Shown here in pieces: positions 15,701 through 27,185 of a DNA stretch of 64,000 bases. Position numbers and translations under genes: made by a program. The DNA is from Eledone cirrhosa (taxonomy: Eukaryota), in contig OZ024741.1 of assembly GCA_964016885.1 (NCBI GenBank), positions 105,896,001 to 105,960,000 of the forward strand, read 5' to 3'. Under the pieces are notes generated by a model. The model made no database searches. It was not told the origin of the DNA and saw only the letters and a list, made by a program, of their open reading frames with translations. How positions within the stretch are numbered: the stretch's first letter is position 1; every line of letters begins with the position of its first letter.

Positions 15701-17877
15701 GGACCTAGGGTGTGTGGATACAACATGAGTGATAAGAGGTGATTGTTAACTACACAGCCATACTTGTACCCATCTTTTTTAGTAATTGTTGACATTGGAA
15801 AGAGAGTGACATATAGACAATTACTGTGCCACAACCATGTCACAGATGTGAAGACAGTAACTCTGAATAAGTACCGACTTGGTCTCTGACAACCCGTCCT
15901 CAATGGCTGGGCCGGAAGAAGTTCTTTGTGAACAAAACACAGTCACCCGATCTAACTTGTCTCACAGTGGGACAAATTGTCTGGCCCATGGAGAATGGAC
16001 GATGATGATGATATGTGTGTGTGTCTGGTAATTTTCCCCTGTTGTAACATTAGATAATGTTACATAGATTAAGAAATTATAATTTCATGGTTCTTATATA
16101 AACTAATGAAATAAATAATTTTTTTTTAAATTATAGATGTCTAGTAATAAGGGTGTCTCTGCTGGAAAGAGAGAGGTATATAGACAACTATAGCTGTTTA
16201 ATAAGGATGTCACTATTTGTTAGAAATAGAAGCCAAATCTCACTTAAATCACAGTCTGCCATCTTTAAAAAAGGAAAGATATATTAAATAATGTAGTTTT
16301 AGATAGACTATGGATGTGGTTAGATTTGAGGTGGAGGTATGGGTGAAGCAGCAGAGGTTTTGTGAAACATCAATCAATTCAACCTCCAAAGAATTTAACA
16401 CTAGTAAATTGATAAAAAAAAATTGTGTCTAAAATGTTTCGACTGCAGATTATCCCAGACTCTCTGAGTTCATTTATCTCCGTTTCTGGAAATGAAAACA
16501 GAGCTCCATTCACTACAGTAAAGTTTAATCATCCACTCTGTAACACACAACATAATCGATATGTAACAAATCAATATGTAACATAATATAGAACATAATG
16601 AATATGCAATATCGTAACATAATATGTAACATAATAAGAACATAATCCACATGGAAAAAATCAATATGTAACATAATATAGAACATGATCGATATGTAAT
16701 AAAATAAACAACATAATCAATATGTAACATAATATAGAACATAATCGATATGTAAGATAAAAACACAATGTATATGTAATATAATAGAAAACATAATAAT
16801 CAATATGTAACATGATATATAACATAATCGATATGTAGCATATTATAGTATGGTAATCGATAAGACATGTCACCAGTAATTGATAACATAATAACAATGA
16901 CGATTATTCATGTGAAACAACATAAGAGATAAGAATCAATATATAACGATAGATAAATATGTATCTTAATGTACAATACAATTAATAGGCATAATGTGTG
17001 TATGTGTGTGGAGGTCATTAAAATATATCTATAAACAGAACTAAATGTGATGTGGTTTGATAAGAAGGATCGATAGACTACATTAATGGACATATCTAGA
17101 AATATCAGCTCAGGTAATAGCCATTAGTTACAGGATGTTGTGAATATTGTAGAGGTAAGGAGAGACATACTGTTGAAGTCAACACGGTGAAATATGAAGG
17201 GAATCTCATTGGGGGGAGCTGTTATGACATGGACGAAGTTGGACACGAGCAGAGAAAAAAGAAAAAACAATTTAATAATATTGATTTCTTACATTGATTT
17301 ATATATACAATGATTTATAACAAAATAATAATGTTTTGTAAGAAATACGCACCGCTATTTAATAATAATTTTTTTTTCTACTTTAGTCATAAGGTTAGCA
17401 ATTAAGTGGGTGAGGAAAGTAGATTAAATCGATCCTCGTATTTTATTTATAAACCCCGGAAGGATGAAAGGCAAAGTTCATCTCGACTGGAACGAACCTT
17501 AGCCCTAATTCTAACGTGAGTATAAGGTGAAATGATGGGATATTTTTGTTTTCTTCTTTCGAACTATGTTATCAAAGATTGCCCGTGTTATGTCACACCA
17601 ACGTATTTCCTACTCCCCATAAATTCACGAGGCATTGTGGCTAGTTAAAGACTGATACAATAAAGGCTGTGTGTCTAGAAAAATTGTCAATACTACGAGA
17701 ACATCCTGAATAAAGTTGGGGTTTATGAATGCTTCCATGAAGAAACTAACCATGAGAAATGCCATCAATTCGCTTTCTTATCGGGAAATATTTGCCTACA
17801 TGAGGTGTTTGTAGAGTAACGTGTCTTCTATTTTTGCTGCATTCATTCGGAATATTTGGTGACTGCATCGACGCCAT
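1..17877 (-). CDS. XRRA1: XRRA1-like LRR gene, 5' part (5 exons; continues left of the window)
   Basis: Spliced by hand with GT-AG introns and consistent phases (1,0,1,0): [53 protein letters not shown]...[107 protein letters not shown]. It resembles the vertebrate XRRA1 N-terminus and LRRs as recalled (FPAR..HWL; LDQAFLLKHHC; INASENLL; LDLSFNSL). Confidence 0.85.
217..2558 (+). mobile_element. RTE-clade LINE, subfamily alpha (PHD-containing), 5'-truncated
   Basis: RT motifs (NYRGIKL, QFGF, KAFDRV, YADD), [14 protein letters not shown]; stop at 1364; in-frame loss of HQGSV near 1200; (GAT)n tail; 5' end abuts (TA)n. Confidence 0.92.
2911..3056. repeat. Inverted repeat (about 47-bp arms, about 50-nt spacer)
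   Basis: aagtataaagaaagtgctcaag...tataaagatagctt is mirrored by aagctatctttatag...cactttctttatactt. Confidence 0.8.
3121..3671. mobile_element. Foldback/MITE with about 200-bp inverted arms
   Basis: 3121-3323 is approximately the reverse complement of 3468-3671; about 145-bp spacer. Confidence 0.8.
4130..4590. repeat. Tandem array derived from an RTE 3' UTR-like motif
   Basis: Repeated ggatgcccttccta(t/a)caccaaccactttacag units; a similar array lies at 14925-15225. Confidence 0.6.
4643..5933. mobile_element. piggyBac-like MITE, copy 1 (interrupted by the Helitron)
   Basis: Body shared with 14417-14610; degenerate TTAACCCTTTAG-type ends. Confidence 0.55.
4676..5742 (-). mobile_element. Non-autonomous Helitron carrying the 3' end of the RepHel helicase
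   Basis: 5' TC end, subterminal hairpin and 3' CTAG. PIF1-type motifs [19 protein letters not shown] and [13 protein letters not shown] at 4990-5247. Confidence 0.8.
6024..6138 (+). mobile_element. tRNA-derived SINE 3' part with (ATT)n tail
   Basis: Core ctttcatccttacggggtcgataaaataaagtaccag resembles the Meta-type conserved SINE domain (recalled); many copies in the window. Confidence 0.8.
6329..6426 (-). CDS. XRRA1: XRRA1-like exon 4 (LRR)
   Basis: Acceptor cttcctttag, donor gtcagt; [14 protein letters not shown] fits LxxLxLxxNxL. Confidence 0.85.
6732..8548 (+). mobile_element. Degenerate RTE/BovB-type LINE (second lineage), (GAA)n tail
   Basis: [24 protein letters not shown]; candidate TSD AAGAACATTT at 6722-6731 and 8544-8553; unrelated insert near 8025-8240. 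Confidence 0.8.
8570..9280. repeat. AT-rich minisatellite (about 27-bp unit, tatcttagctataatttatagtac)
   Basis: Degenerate tandem units on both sides of a hAT MITE. Confidence 0.7.
8771..9107. mobile_element. hAT (Charlie-like) MITE
   Basis: TIRs cagcagtcgtcaacc / ggttggcaaccactg; near-identical 8-bp TSD atatatag / atatacag. Confidence 0.75.
9324..9468 (-). CDS. XRRA1: XRRA1-like exon 3
   Basis: Acceptor aatcaag, donor gtatgt; MKHCNADDP...[11 protein letters not shown]. Confidence 0.85.
9790..10912 (-). mobile_element. RTE subfamily alpha, 5'-truncated
   Basis: (CAT)n tail, shared 3' [12 protein letters not shown] and PHD segment. Confidence 0.9.
11456..12647 (-). mobile_element. Degenerate mariner transposon
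   Basis: About 30-bp TIRs (tgagggtcagctgaaaagttcataagctga / tcagcctatgaacttttcagcccatccttg), TA flanks, transposase HTH remnant ([19 protein letters not shown]). Confidence 0.85.
12766..12945 (-). mobile_element. tRNA-derived SINE
   Basis: B-box (gagttcaaatccc on minus strand) plus conserved core. Confidence 0.8.
13530..13715 (-). mobile_element. tRNA-derived SINE
   Basis: Same family as 12766, 41022 and 57651. Confidence 0.8.
13848..14020 (-). CDS. XRRA1: XRRA1-like exon 2
   Basis: Acceptor ttttatcag, donor gtaagt; open 173-nt frame ending LLDGFYI. Confidence 0.85.
14060..14610. mobile_element. piggyBac-like MITE, copy 2, containing a CRE-like 3' fragment (about 14105-14416)
   Basis: Ends ttgactctttag / ctaaagggttaa; insert encodes [13 protein letters not shown]...[13 protein letters not shown]. 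Confidence 0.65.
15380..15720. repeat. G-rich minisatellite, about 55-60-bp unit
   Basis: Recurrent aggaaggactggg..gttagtgtatgacatgggg..ttcttgg. Confidence 0.6.
16540..16865. repeat. Minisatellite (aacataatcgatatgt-type units)
   Basis: Tandem degenerate units of about 27 bp. Confidence 0.75.
17751..17877 (-). CDS. XRRA1: XRRA1-like exon 1 (42 codons + 1 nt)
   Basis: ATG in AAGATGGCG context; donor G|GTTAGT; phase matches exon 2. Confidence 0.75.
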
Positions 17878-17888
17878 CTTGTATTATT

Positions 17889-17902
17889 GTTTATATAGCA
17901 AC
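17889..17902 (-). promoter_or_regulatory. RFX X-box-like motif just upstream of the XRRA1 ATG
   Basis: GTTGCTATATAAAC versus consensus GTHNYYATRRNAAC (one mismatch). A YY1-like AAGATGGCG overlaps the start codon. Confidence 0.4.
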
Positions 17903-18639
17903 CAATTAACAAATGACCCAGACAACAATCAACAATAACAACAACAACAGTAACAATAACAGACAACAACAGCAGTAACAACAACAATAATAAAAATAAC
18001 AGGAATAAACAACAATAAAAATAACTGTAACGAACCAGTAATATAAGTAGTGTGGTCAATATGATGGAGTAAATGAAGCAGTGACCCACCATGACCGAAG
18101 TCTAATGACTATAAACTTTGTAGACAGAAACTGTATGGAAGCCCGTCAGTCAGATGGATTGTACCTGTAATCCTTGTCACACACCGTCACGCCGAATCTG
18201 CCCGAGAATTATGTTGTGTAGACGTGTTTATGGAATACTCAGCCACTTAAAGTTAATTTCACGAACTTACTGTTCCATTAATCGAACAACTGGAATAGTC
18301 ATCGGCGAAACGGGGTCTATTTAATCATGACATTTTGGTTTGTAATAAAATCATGAGCCATACACTTAAAATACTATTATATTCATGTTGTTGTTGTCAT
18401 TGTTGTTCTTACCGCTGTAGCTGTTGTCGTTGTTGTCATCTTCGCCTTTGTTGTTGTTACGGCTGTTTACGATCTTAGTTCAGATCCAACTTAGGTCAAA
18501 TTTTGTTTTCGTTTTTGTTTTTCTGGAGTCAATAGATTAAAATACCAGTCAAGTACTGGAGTCGATTTAATCAACTTCAATTCACCCGGCAAAATTGCTG
18601 ACCTTGTAAGTTCGAACCTGATATCACATAAGTGCAAAG

Positions 18640-21600
18640 CAAATTTCTCAAGCCATTCAATTATGTTGCATCCCGTCTACTACCATTCTCCTGCCTATTC
18701 TTATTCCACAGATAATTTTTTTTCTCTCTTTAGCCAAAACAAGATTAATAGAAAGTCGAGTAATTTGGCCCATTGTACTAGATTCCTGCCAGACTCAAGG
18801 TCAACTTTTGTGGAGGACCATTTAGTTATGAGTTTGTTTCATGATAGAATCACATTAAGTCATTTAAAATACTGTTTTGGCAGATGTTTACTGTAACAGG
18901 CAGCAAAATAGGAGAATTTCCAGTTATGTGAGCCGAGGCATGGTAGTGCTGCTGAGAAAAGTGTGGTTAGAAAAAGCTACTTCACTTACCGCTTTCGCTG
19001 GCACCGCTAATCCAATGGTTGGTTTCTCCCCTCCCACGTGCGTACAATCCAACTCGTTAACCGGGAGCTCCAAAACTGACGTCCACCACGTTCGCTGACC
19101 ACCCTAGAGAGAGGCAGACCTGCTGGCCCTTCCGATCGAGCACCCTTCCGGTCAAGCACTCTTTCGGTCGAACACTCCCCAGCCTCCGGCCACCGCACAC
19201 CACACCATACCCACAACTCGCAGCAAAATAGGAGAATTTCCAGTTATGTGAGCCGAGGGATGGTAGTGCTGCTGAGAAAAGATGCGGACAAGGAATGTGT
19301 AGCGACGTGGTTAGTCAGTCTGGTCACTACTTCTGATCCGATCCGAGAATAGCCCTTAAAAAAGGACGAGCAAGGCGAGAGATGTAGTTTCGGTCAGCTA
19401 TTTATTTTCATACATGAATTGACGATACAAAGGTACAAGGCGTGTGTGAGTGACAAAGCGTGGCAGAGGAGAGGAACAATGATACGCGAGTTGACTCTGC
19501 CAAAGGTTGACTGGCGAAAGTGTTTGGAATCACTCTAATCGTTTGATGTTTAGCCGCTGCGTAGGCGTTTTATTTTGGTGGCTTTAAGGATTGTTTGTTT
19601 CACGGTGAGGTAGCTAGCTAAGCAGATAGATGTAGCTGTTTATTTCACAGATGTTATTTCCGGTGGCTATACATTAGCCCCCTGCCAGATCTGTTGTACA
19701 ACAAAAGAGCGAAATATCGTATAGTAATGAGCCAGTGGTGCATTTGTCATGACAATAGCCCAAGGAGTATCCAGCACGTTTGGTGATCATCGAGTATAGG
19801 ACAGAGTCGATGTAGAGATGATATGGCAAGATGTGTGTGTCAGGAAGAGAAAAAAGAAATAAACTATCAAATGACTTTGACCAGATTTATGCAGGCGTGA
19901 TGAATGAGCCTGTTGCATTTGGGTTGAGCTGCCTGTGAATTGCGTGACAAAAAGTCTAACAGGGCAGTGAAAATAACCGTAATGTGTGAACTGAATGGCC
20001 GTAAGCATGCTGCCTAAAAGTAACAGTTTGCTCCAAAGCATATGACTTGAGCGAATTCATGTGGTAAAAAATAGCGAGGCATTCTCGAGCTATAGAGTGA
20101 ATGTGTACGTGAAAAAAGAAGGCCAGTGTTTTGAGGATGCGATTTGTGAAATGCGTGATCAAAGAGAAAACATTTTGTAGTGTAAGAGTTAGAGGGACAA
20201 AAATATCTATTGCTCAGTGTATGAACCAAAAGGTGAAACAAACGTGGTTGTGTAGTGTGCATGAAAAACAGAATATGTACACGCCTTGTATGTATATAAA
20301 AATTATGGCAATTACACAATTAATGTTGCAGAACAAGAAAAATAAAAAAAATTTGCAAAACAAGAGAGAGAAGAAAAGAAAATGTTATACACAATGCTAT
20401 ACACAATGTTTGTTCTTCAATAGTGTTTGTAATAGATAATGTTCATAATAAATAATGTTCTTCGTGACATGAGCACATGGTCACTAAAAATGGCAATTGT
20501 TCAAGCAGAAAGTTCATTGTATTTGAAACTGGAAATAGTAAACACAAGGAAAATGGGAATGTTTTGCAAGAAGAATGATTAAGAAACTCACTTGAGGTTA
20601 ACGGTAATTCACATATTGTGCCAACTTGGCGGGCCAATGGACACGTCGTCCACTTCTCGTGACTGGAGATGAAACAGGTGGCTTGCTGGGACAGCAATCT
20701 GTTGGAGTTTCTGGTGTAGAGACTGTAACAGTATCCATGATGGCTTTTTTTAATCTGTCAACGCTGACAGAATTCTGTTTACCATCTAGATCGAGAATAA
20801 AATATTTCGGATATTTTTTTAGAACACGATAAGGGCCAGAATATGGAGGTCGAAGATGAGCTGAGATGGTGTCGTTTCGAACGAAAACCTGTGTCCAATC
20901 TTTAATGTCTGAAGGTACGTGTGTGGCCGTGTTCTGTTGACGGGTGCTTGCAGGAGCAAGATGAGACATATATTGTCGAAGACGGTGTACGTATGATCCT
21001 GGGTCTGAAATATCCTGAGGAGAGATGGGAGCAACCATCTGACCAGGTAGAACCAGGGTGGTGCCGTACACTAATTCTGCAGGTGTGTGTCCGAATTCCT
21101 CCTTAATGGTGGATCGAATGCTCAGAAGGATGAGTGGCAGGTATTCAAACCAGTGGGTCTTCTCTGGATATGCTTTTATTGCAGCTTTCAATTGGCGATG
21201 GAATCTTTCCACGAGACCATTAGCTTGCGGGTGATAAGCTGTCGTGCGGATGTGTTTACATCCTAACAGGGGAGTCAGTTCCCTGAAGAGGTGGGAGTCA
21301 AGCTGGCATCCTCTGTCCGTTGTTATCTTCGCTGGGGCGCCATAACGTGATACCCAGTGTAAAACCAAAGTTTTAGTGACTGTTTCCGCTGAGGTATCAC
21401 TTATGTGAAAAGCCTCAGGCCAACGGGAAAAACGATCTATGTAGGTGAGCAAGTGTGTGCAGTTCTGTGATGGTGGTAGAGGTCCAACGATGTCGATATG
21501 CACATGATGAAAACGTGCATCAGATTGCGCGAATGTGCCGAGTGGAGTTTTGATGTGTCTGTGGCCTTTGGCTTTCTGGCAGGCAATTAGCTCCTGGACC

Positions 21601-24600
21601 AGTAGCGCACGTCCTTGTTAATGTTAGTCCACACAAAACGAGCAGAGCTGAGTTTCTGTGTAGCCTGGATTCCCGGATAAGACAAGCAGTGTCAAGCAGA
21701 AAAAAACTTGTCGACGATGCATCTGTGGTACGTACAGTCGTTCATGGCCGGTAGAAAGGTCGCACCAAATTTGTCCCGGAGAAGAAGGAATGGGAACTTG
21801 CTGAAACTTGAGGGATGGCGAATATCGGAGCTTGATAAACTCTTTATCAGTCTCTTGGTCAGCTGCGATCTGTTGAAGGTCGATGCCTGAATGCACATGT
21901 ATTGTGTTCAGCTGGATTCGGGACAGGGCGTCGGCTGCTACGTTGTCTGATCCCTTGATATGCCGAATATCAGTTGAATATTGGGAGACAAAATCCAGGT
22001 GGCGGAGTTCTCTCGGTGAATGTCGATCAGGTTTGGTACGGAATGCATAAACTAGTGGTTTATGGTCCGTGTAGATCACGAAATCCGATCCTTCGAGCAT
22101 GTGACGAAAATGTTTAACCGAAAGGTAGTTTGCCAAGAGTTCGCGGCCAAACGTACTGTATTTGGTTTCTGCAGGTTGCAACCGCTTAAAAAAGAAGGAT
22201 AAGGGTTTCCAAACGCCGTCGACATGTTGTAAAACGCCTCCAACCTCCGTGTCTGATGCGTCCACTAGCAGCGAAAGGGGAGCGCCAGATCTGGGGAAAA
22301 CGAGCATGGAAGCGTTTGCCAACATTTCCTTCAGGCGGTTAAAAGATGTTAATTCTTCCACGTTTAGAGTGATCTCTTCGTTTTTGCGAGTCCGGTTGCG
22401 AAGAAGGTCCGTGAGGAGTCTGGCTGCGTCGGCACAATGAGGGATGAAACGCCTATAAAAATTCACCAAACCAAGCAATTCACGCAGTTTCCGAAGTGAT
22501 GTAGGTGCCGAAAAATTACGGATAGCTTCTACTTTCTCGGGAAGTGGACGAATGCTGTCTTTATCAATGATGTGCCGAAGAAAGGACAGTGAAGGAACGC
22601 TGAGAAGGCACTTGCTGGGGTTGATGATAATACCGTACTCGGCCAAACGTTGGAAAAGAAGATCTAAGTGCTTCTCGTGTTCTTGCTCGGAAGTACTTGC
22701 TACTAGCACGTCGTCGATATACGCGTATACAAAGGGTAGATCACGTAACACGGTGTCAATAAACCGCTGAAAAGTTTGTGCAGCGTTGCGCAGACCAAAC
22801 GGCATTCGCAGAAATTCAAATAAACCGAACGGTGTTGTAATTGCGGTTTTCGGAATATCTGCAGGCTCCATAGGTATATGGTTATATGCATGTACCTAAT
22901 CTATCTTGGAAAAGATGCGTGCGCCTTGCAGAGAGGCAGAAAAGTCGTTCAAGTGAGGTACAGGGTAATTATCGGGTACTGTAGAATTGTTAAGTACACG
23001 ATAATCCCCACATGATCGCCAATCATTCTCGTTTTTTTTAGGAACAAGGTGTAGGGGTGCAGACCAGTTGCTGGAGGAAGGGCGAATGATTCCCAGGTCC
23101 AGCATGTGTTGAAACTCCTGTTTGGTGATTCTCAATCGGTCTGGAGGCAGTCTCCTTGGTTGGGCAGCTGTGGGTGGTCCTCTTGTCTCGATTTGGTGTG
23201 TGACACTATGTTTAATAGGTCCATCCTTAAATACCGGGCGAGTGATGTCTGGGTAATTCTGAAGAATGCCGTTGTAACGCGAAGGCTCTGGCTGGCAAAT
23301 TACAGGGCTCACTGTGGATTGCGTGGTAAATATACCTCTCACAGTGAGGTTTGTGGTGCTATCAATAAGCCTCCGGTTCTTCATGTCCACCAGAAGGTTG
23401 AAGTGGTGGAGAAAATCGGCTCCTAAGATAGGGGTCGGCAGGTCTGCCACGACGAACACCCATTGAAAACGACGCCTCAGGCCTAAATTGAGGGTCAGTG
23501 ATTTCTCCCCGAAAGTTGGAATTGACGATTGGTTCACTGCCTGCAGAAAGGACGCGGTGTTGGATGTCTTTTGCCCGAGACTAGTGAAACAAGAATAACA
23601 CTAACCTGGGCTCCTGTATCCACGAGGTAACGGATGCCTGTCGCTTGGTCGTTGATAAAAAACAGACGACTTTTCTTCTCAGTACCAGGGGTAAACGTCG
23701 TCGCTAGGCCCTGGGTGGTATTCTGGAAAGAGCACTTAGATGCCTGTGCGCCGAATTCTGCGTGATACCAGCAGAGGTTGCCAGACACACGATTTTGACT
23801 GGGACTTCTGGATCTTCGACTGTGAAAAGGCCTGGATCGTCTGTTGCTGCGTCACCGGTGTGTTTGAAAGGTCAGGTTCTCTACTTGATTTGAGAGGGCT
23901 TTAATTTGACCAGCCCGCTCTCTGATTATAACTGCAGCTCTGAAATCTCGGCCTCTGTCGTTGGTTATGATATGTCCATGTTGGTATCTTCTTAGGCCGC
24001 TGTCTGGTTGCGTGTTAGAATCACGTCGGGGTCACCAATTGTAGCGACGTGGTTAGTCAGTCTGGTCACTACTTCTGATCAGATCCGAGAATAGACCTTA
24101 AAAGGACTGTTATCGCATACGGTCTGATCGGATCTGAGGGTAGCCCTTAAAAGGACTGTTGTCTCATACGGTAAGGATGAACAGATGAAAGCACAAGTTG
24201 AAAGGACGAGGAAGGCGAGAGATGTAGTTTCGGTCAGCTATTTATTTTCACATGAAGCGACGATACAGAGGTACAAGGCGTGTGTGAGTGACAAGCGTGG
24301 CAGAGGAGAGGAACAACGATAAGCGAGTTGACTCTACCAAAGGTCGACTGGCGAAAGTGTTTGGATCACTCTATTTATACAGCCGCTGCGTAGGCGTTTT
24401 ATTTTGGTGGCTTTAAGGGTTGTTTGTTTCACGGTGAGGTAGCTAACTAAGCAGATAGATGGAGCTGTTTATTTCACAGATGTTATTTCCGGTGGCTGTA
24501 CAAATGTGTAATGGATAATTTCCGGTTCATAACTTCGCTAAATCCAGAATTTAAGATTTTGGCCAAATGTATTAGCAAAGATGTCGCTTGTCATCGGTAG

Positions 24601-25260
24601 TTTGATCAGGAAACTGCAGACATAGGTTATTGTGAACAGATCTATCAATGACACCCTCCATTTTCATGGAATACATCGTGAAGTGAGTTTGTAATGAACC
24701 TGACTCCAATGGTGCTCAGATCAATTTCCATCAATCGAAAGCTTTCAATAGGTTTGACAATCAATACTTGGCGGCCGCCATCAAGAGAGCCGGCTCTGGT
24801 CTCGTTTTCAGACGTCAGGTCACTTCAATGCACAGTAACATCCGTTCGGTGGCTAGAGTAAATGACCACCTTCCCAAACCGTTTCAAATCGCACTCTGTC
24901 CGCCGAGGTTATCTTCTTTAATTCCTTCTGTATGTACGTTGACGGGTAACCCTCTCGAACTAGAGCTTAGAAGGGCTGTATCGGCATATGTGAACTACGT
25001 CATCTTAATGGTGTTTGGACACAACGATAATTATGGTGGTTGTTAAAGGAATACGGTGATGACTGGGGGGAAAAACTGAATCTAAAAAATATCGGTGGGC
25101 TTTCAGTTCGTGATATGGAGAAGCAGGTCCATGCCGTACGTCAATATCGTAGGACGCTGGAAGTATGGCGCTATCAAATTGCTTGTGATCCGATTCGGTT
25201 CAGGAACTGGGACGAAGTTACAAGATGGGTTACCAAGATAAAACTGCCGCCAGATACGAG
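18640..25260 (+). mobile_element. Old Tx1/L1-clade RT fragment interrupted by the Gypsy element
   Basis: The reading VSRGMVVLLRKDADKEC|VMDNFRFITSLNPEFKILAK continues across the Gypsy TSD; decayed YADD near 24985. Confidence 0.7.
19298..24502 (-). mobile_element. Gypsy/Ty3 LTR retrotransposon, defective (most of gag deleted)
   Basis: LTRs 19298-19673 and 24040-24502 (TG...CA); TSD AATG; PBS TGGTGACCCCGACGTGA (tRNA-Trp type) at 24021-24037; PPT near 19674-19686; protease LVDTGA, RT YIDD, RNase H DASD, integrase HIDIVGP; stops and frameshifts. Confidence 0.95.
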
Positions 25261-25953
25261 AAGACAAAAGTCATAACAACGCTGAGAAGACAAAAGTCAT
25301 AACAAACAGCCCAACCAAGACATAATCGATACCAGTCACTGTGAAGGACCAGGAGCTTAAGACGATTGATCAGTTCAAATCCGTAAGCAACGCCATCACC
25401 TAATAAATCCTGTCAAGAACTGCCCAAATATCATCATCATGAACAAGGTTAAGACCAGTATGACAAGAACAAAAGAATTAATACTAAACTTATACGTGAT
25501 CTAGTAATTTCTATCGTTTTATATGCATCTGAAATGGAGAGGCTCTCAGTGGAATTACGGAGAAAAATAATGACATTCGAATGGAAATGCTACATAAACC
25601 TCATGGCTATCTTCAATATGGAACACATAAACAACGAAATCATTCGCTCGACAAGGCGACATGTAGACAACAAGGAAGATCAGCTAAACACTGTAAAGAT
25701 GCGAAAAACGTGACAAGATCTGAGTGATTGACCAAGACCATCTTCCTAGGAACTTTTAAAATAAAGCAAGAATGTCTGAAAAAGAAATGAACGGTTAATA
25801 ACAAGGAATGGACCGGTAAGGATTTTGTAACAGCAAAAGACATATTTCTCAATCGAGAAAGATGGTGATAGGAGGTATACTGCTTCATATTAGTTTCCCC
25901 CCCACGAACCAGGAGGGTAAAGAGAAAAGAAGTAAAGTGTTTTTTTGTATAAT

Positions 25954-25990
<37 letters not shown>

Positions 25991-26753
25991 GCAGATAAAT
26001 CTATCAAAATATACGGTAGTGTCCAATCCGTATGAAGAACTCAATGTAATCCAAATATCATGAAAAGAGAAGATGTATTCAAAAATTTTCGATAAAAATC
26101 ATAGGAAAACAGAGTCAAGATAAATTAATAAAAACAATGAAATAAAAACAAAGAACAAGTTCCTTATATTAAAAAAGTCATCATTTTACGATCGTTTCTA
26201 GGATGTATATGTGTGTTGGTATGTATATCATATAGATCTATGTAAAAAATATTACAAATTTTCAGAGGAAATATACATACCTTCACATATACATGCTGTC
26301 TTCATATATATATATATGAGCACTTCATGCTATAGCAATGTGAATATATCAAGTTTAACACAATGAAGTCTCACTTTCAACGTTTATATTTATCATTGAC
26401 CGTTATGTACGTTTCACAGATGACTGGATCAAGGTCCACATAGATATCATGGACCTGACTCAAGTATTGATCGTGTTGATTTGGCTAAAAACAATTCACA
26501 CACACACACACGAATACACATGTAAAATTGGCAACAAATACAAAACTCCATGGTAATCGGCCATTGAAATGAACGTACACAGTTTCAACCCCTGCTAACG
26601 ATACTGCTGATCCATCCGAAGTCACAGTGTCTGACAAAATAGTCAAACACTATCCTTGGATTATTAAAATACTTTGTATTGAATTAAATGTACGACATTT
26701 GAGTCGTGCAATATGTGACGAAAATGGTCAATTAGACCTGGAGACGAATACCA

Positions 26754-26831
<78 letters not shown>

Positions 26832-26995
26832 AACGAGTAGGACCCCGACGGCTGAGCTCAAGCCGTTTCGACGGCTAATTCTGGACTGTGTTCCTATTAC
26901 CCACTCTACTCGTTCCTATTACCCACTCTACTACCCTAAGTATTGAGTACTTTGGTGCGTTATGGTCCATCTGGTTCCTTACCACATTTCCTTCG

Positions 26996-27083
<88 letters not shown>

Positions 27084-27096
27084 TATATATATATAT

Positions 27097-27153
<57 letters not shown>

Positions 27154-27185
27154 GGGGTATGTGCGTGCGTGTGTGTGTGTGTGTA

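Noticed and set aside
17796-18092. 98-aa hydrophobic ORF
   Set aside because: Mostly TTG/TTA-type repeats, and it overlaps XRRA1 exon 1 in a different frame.
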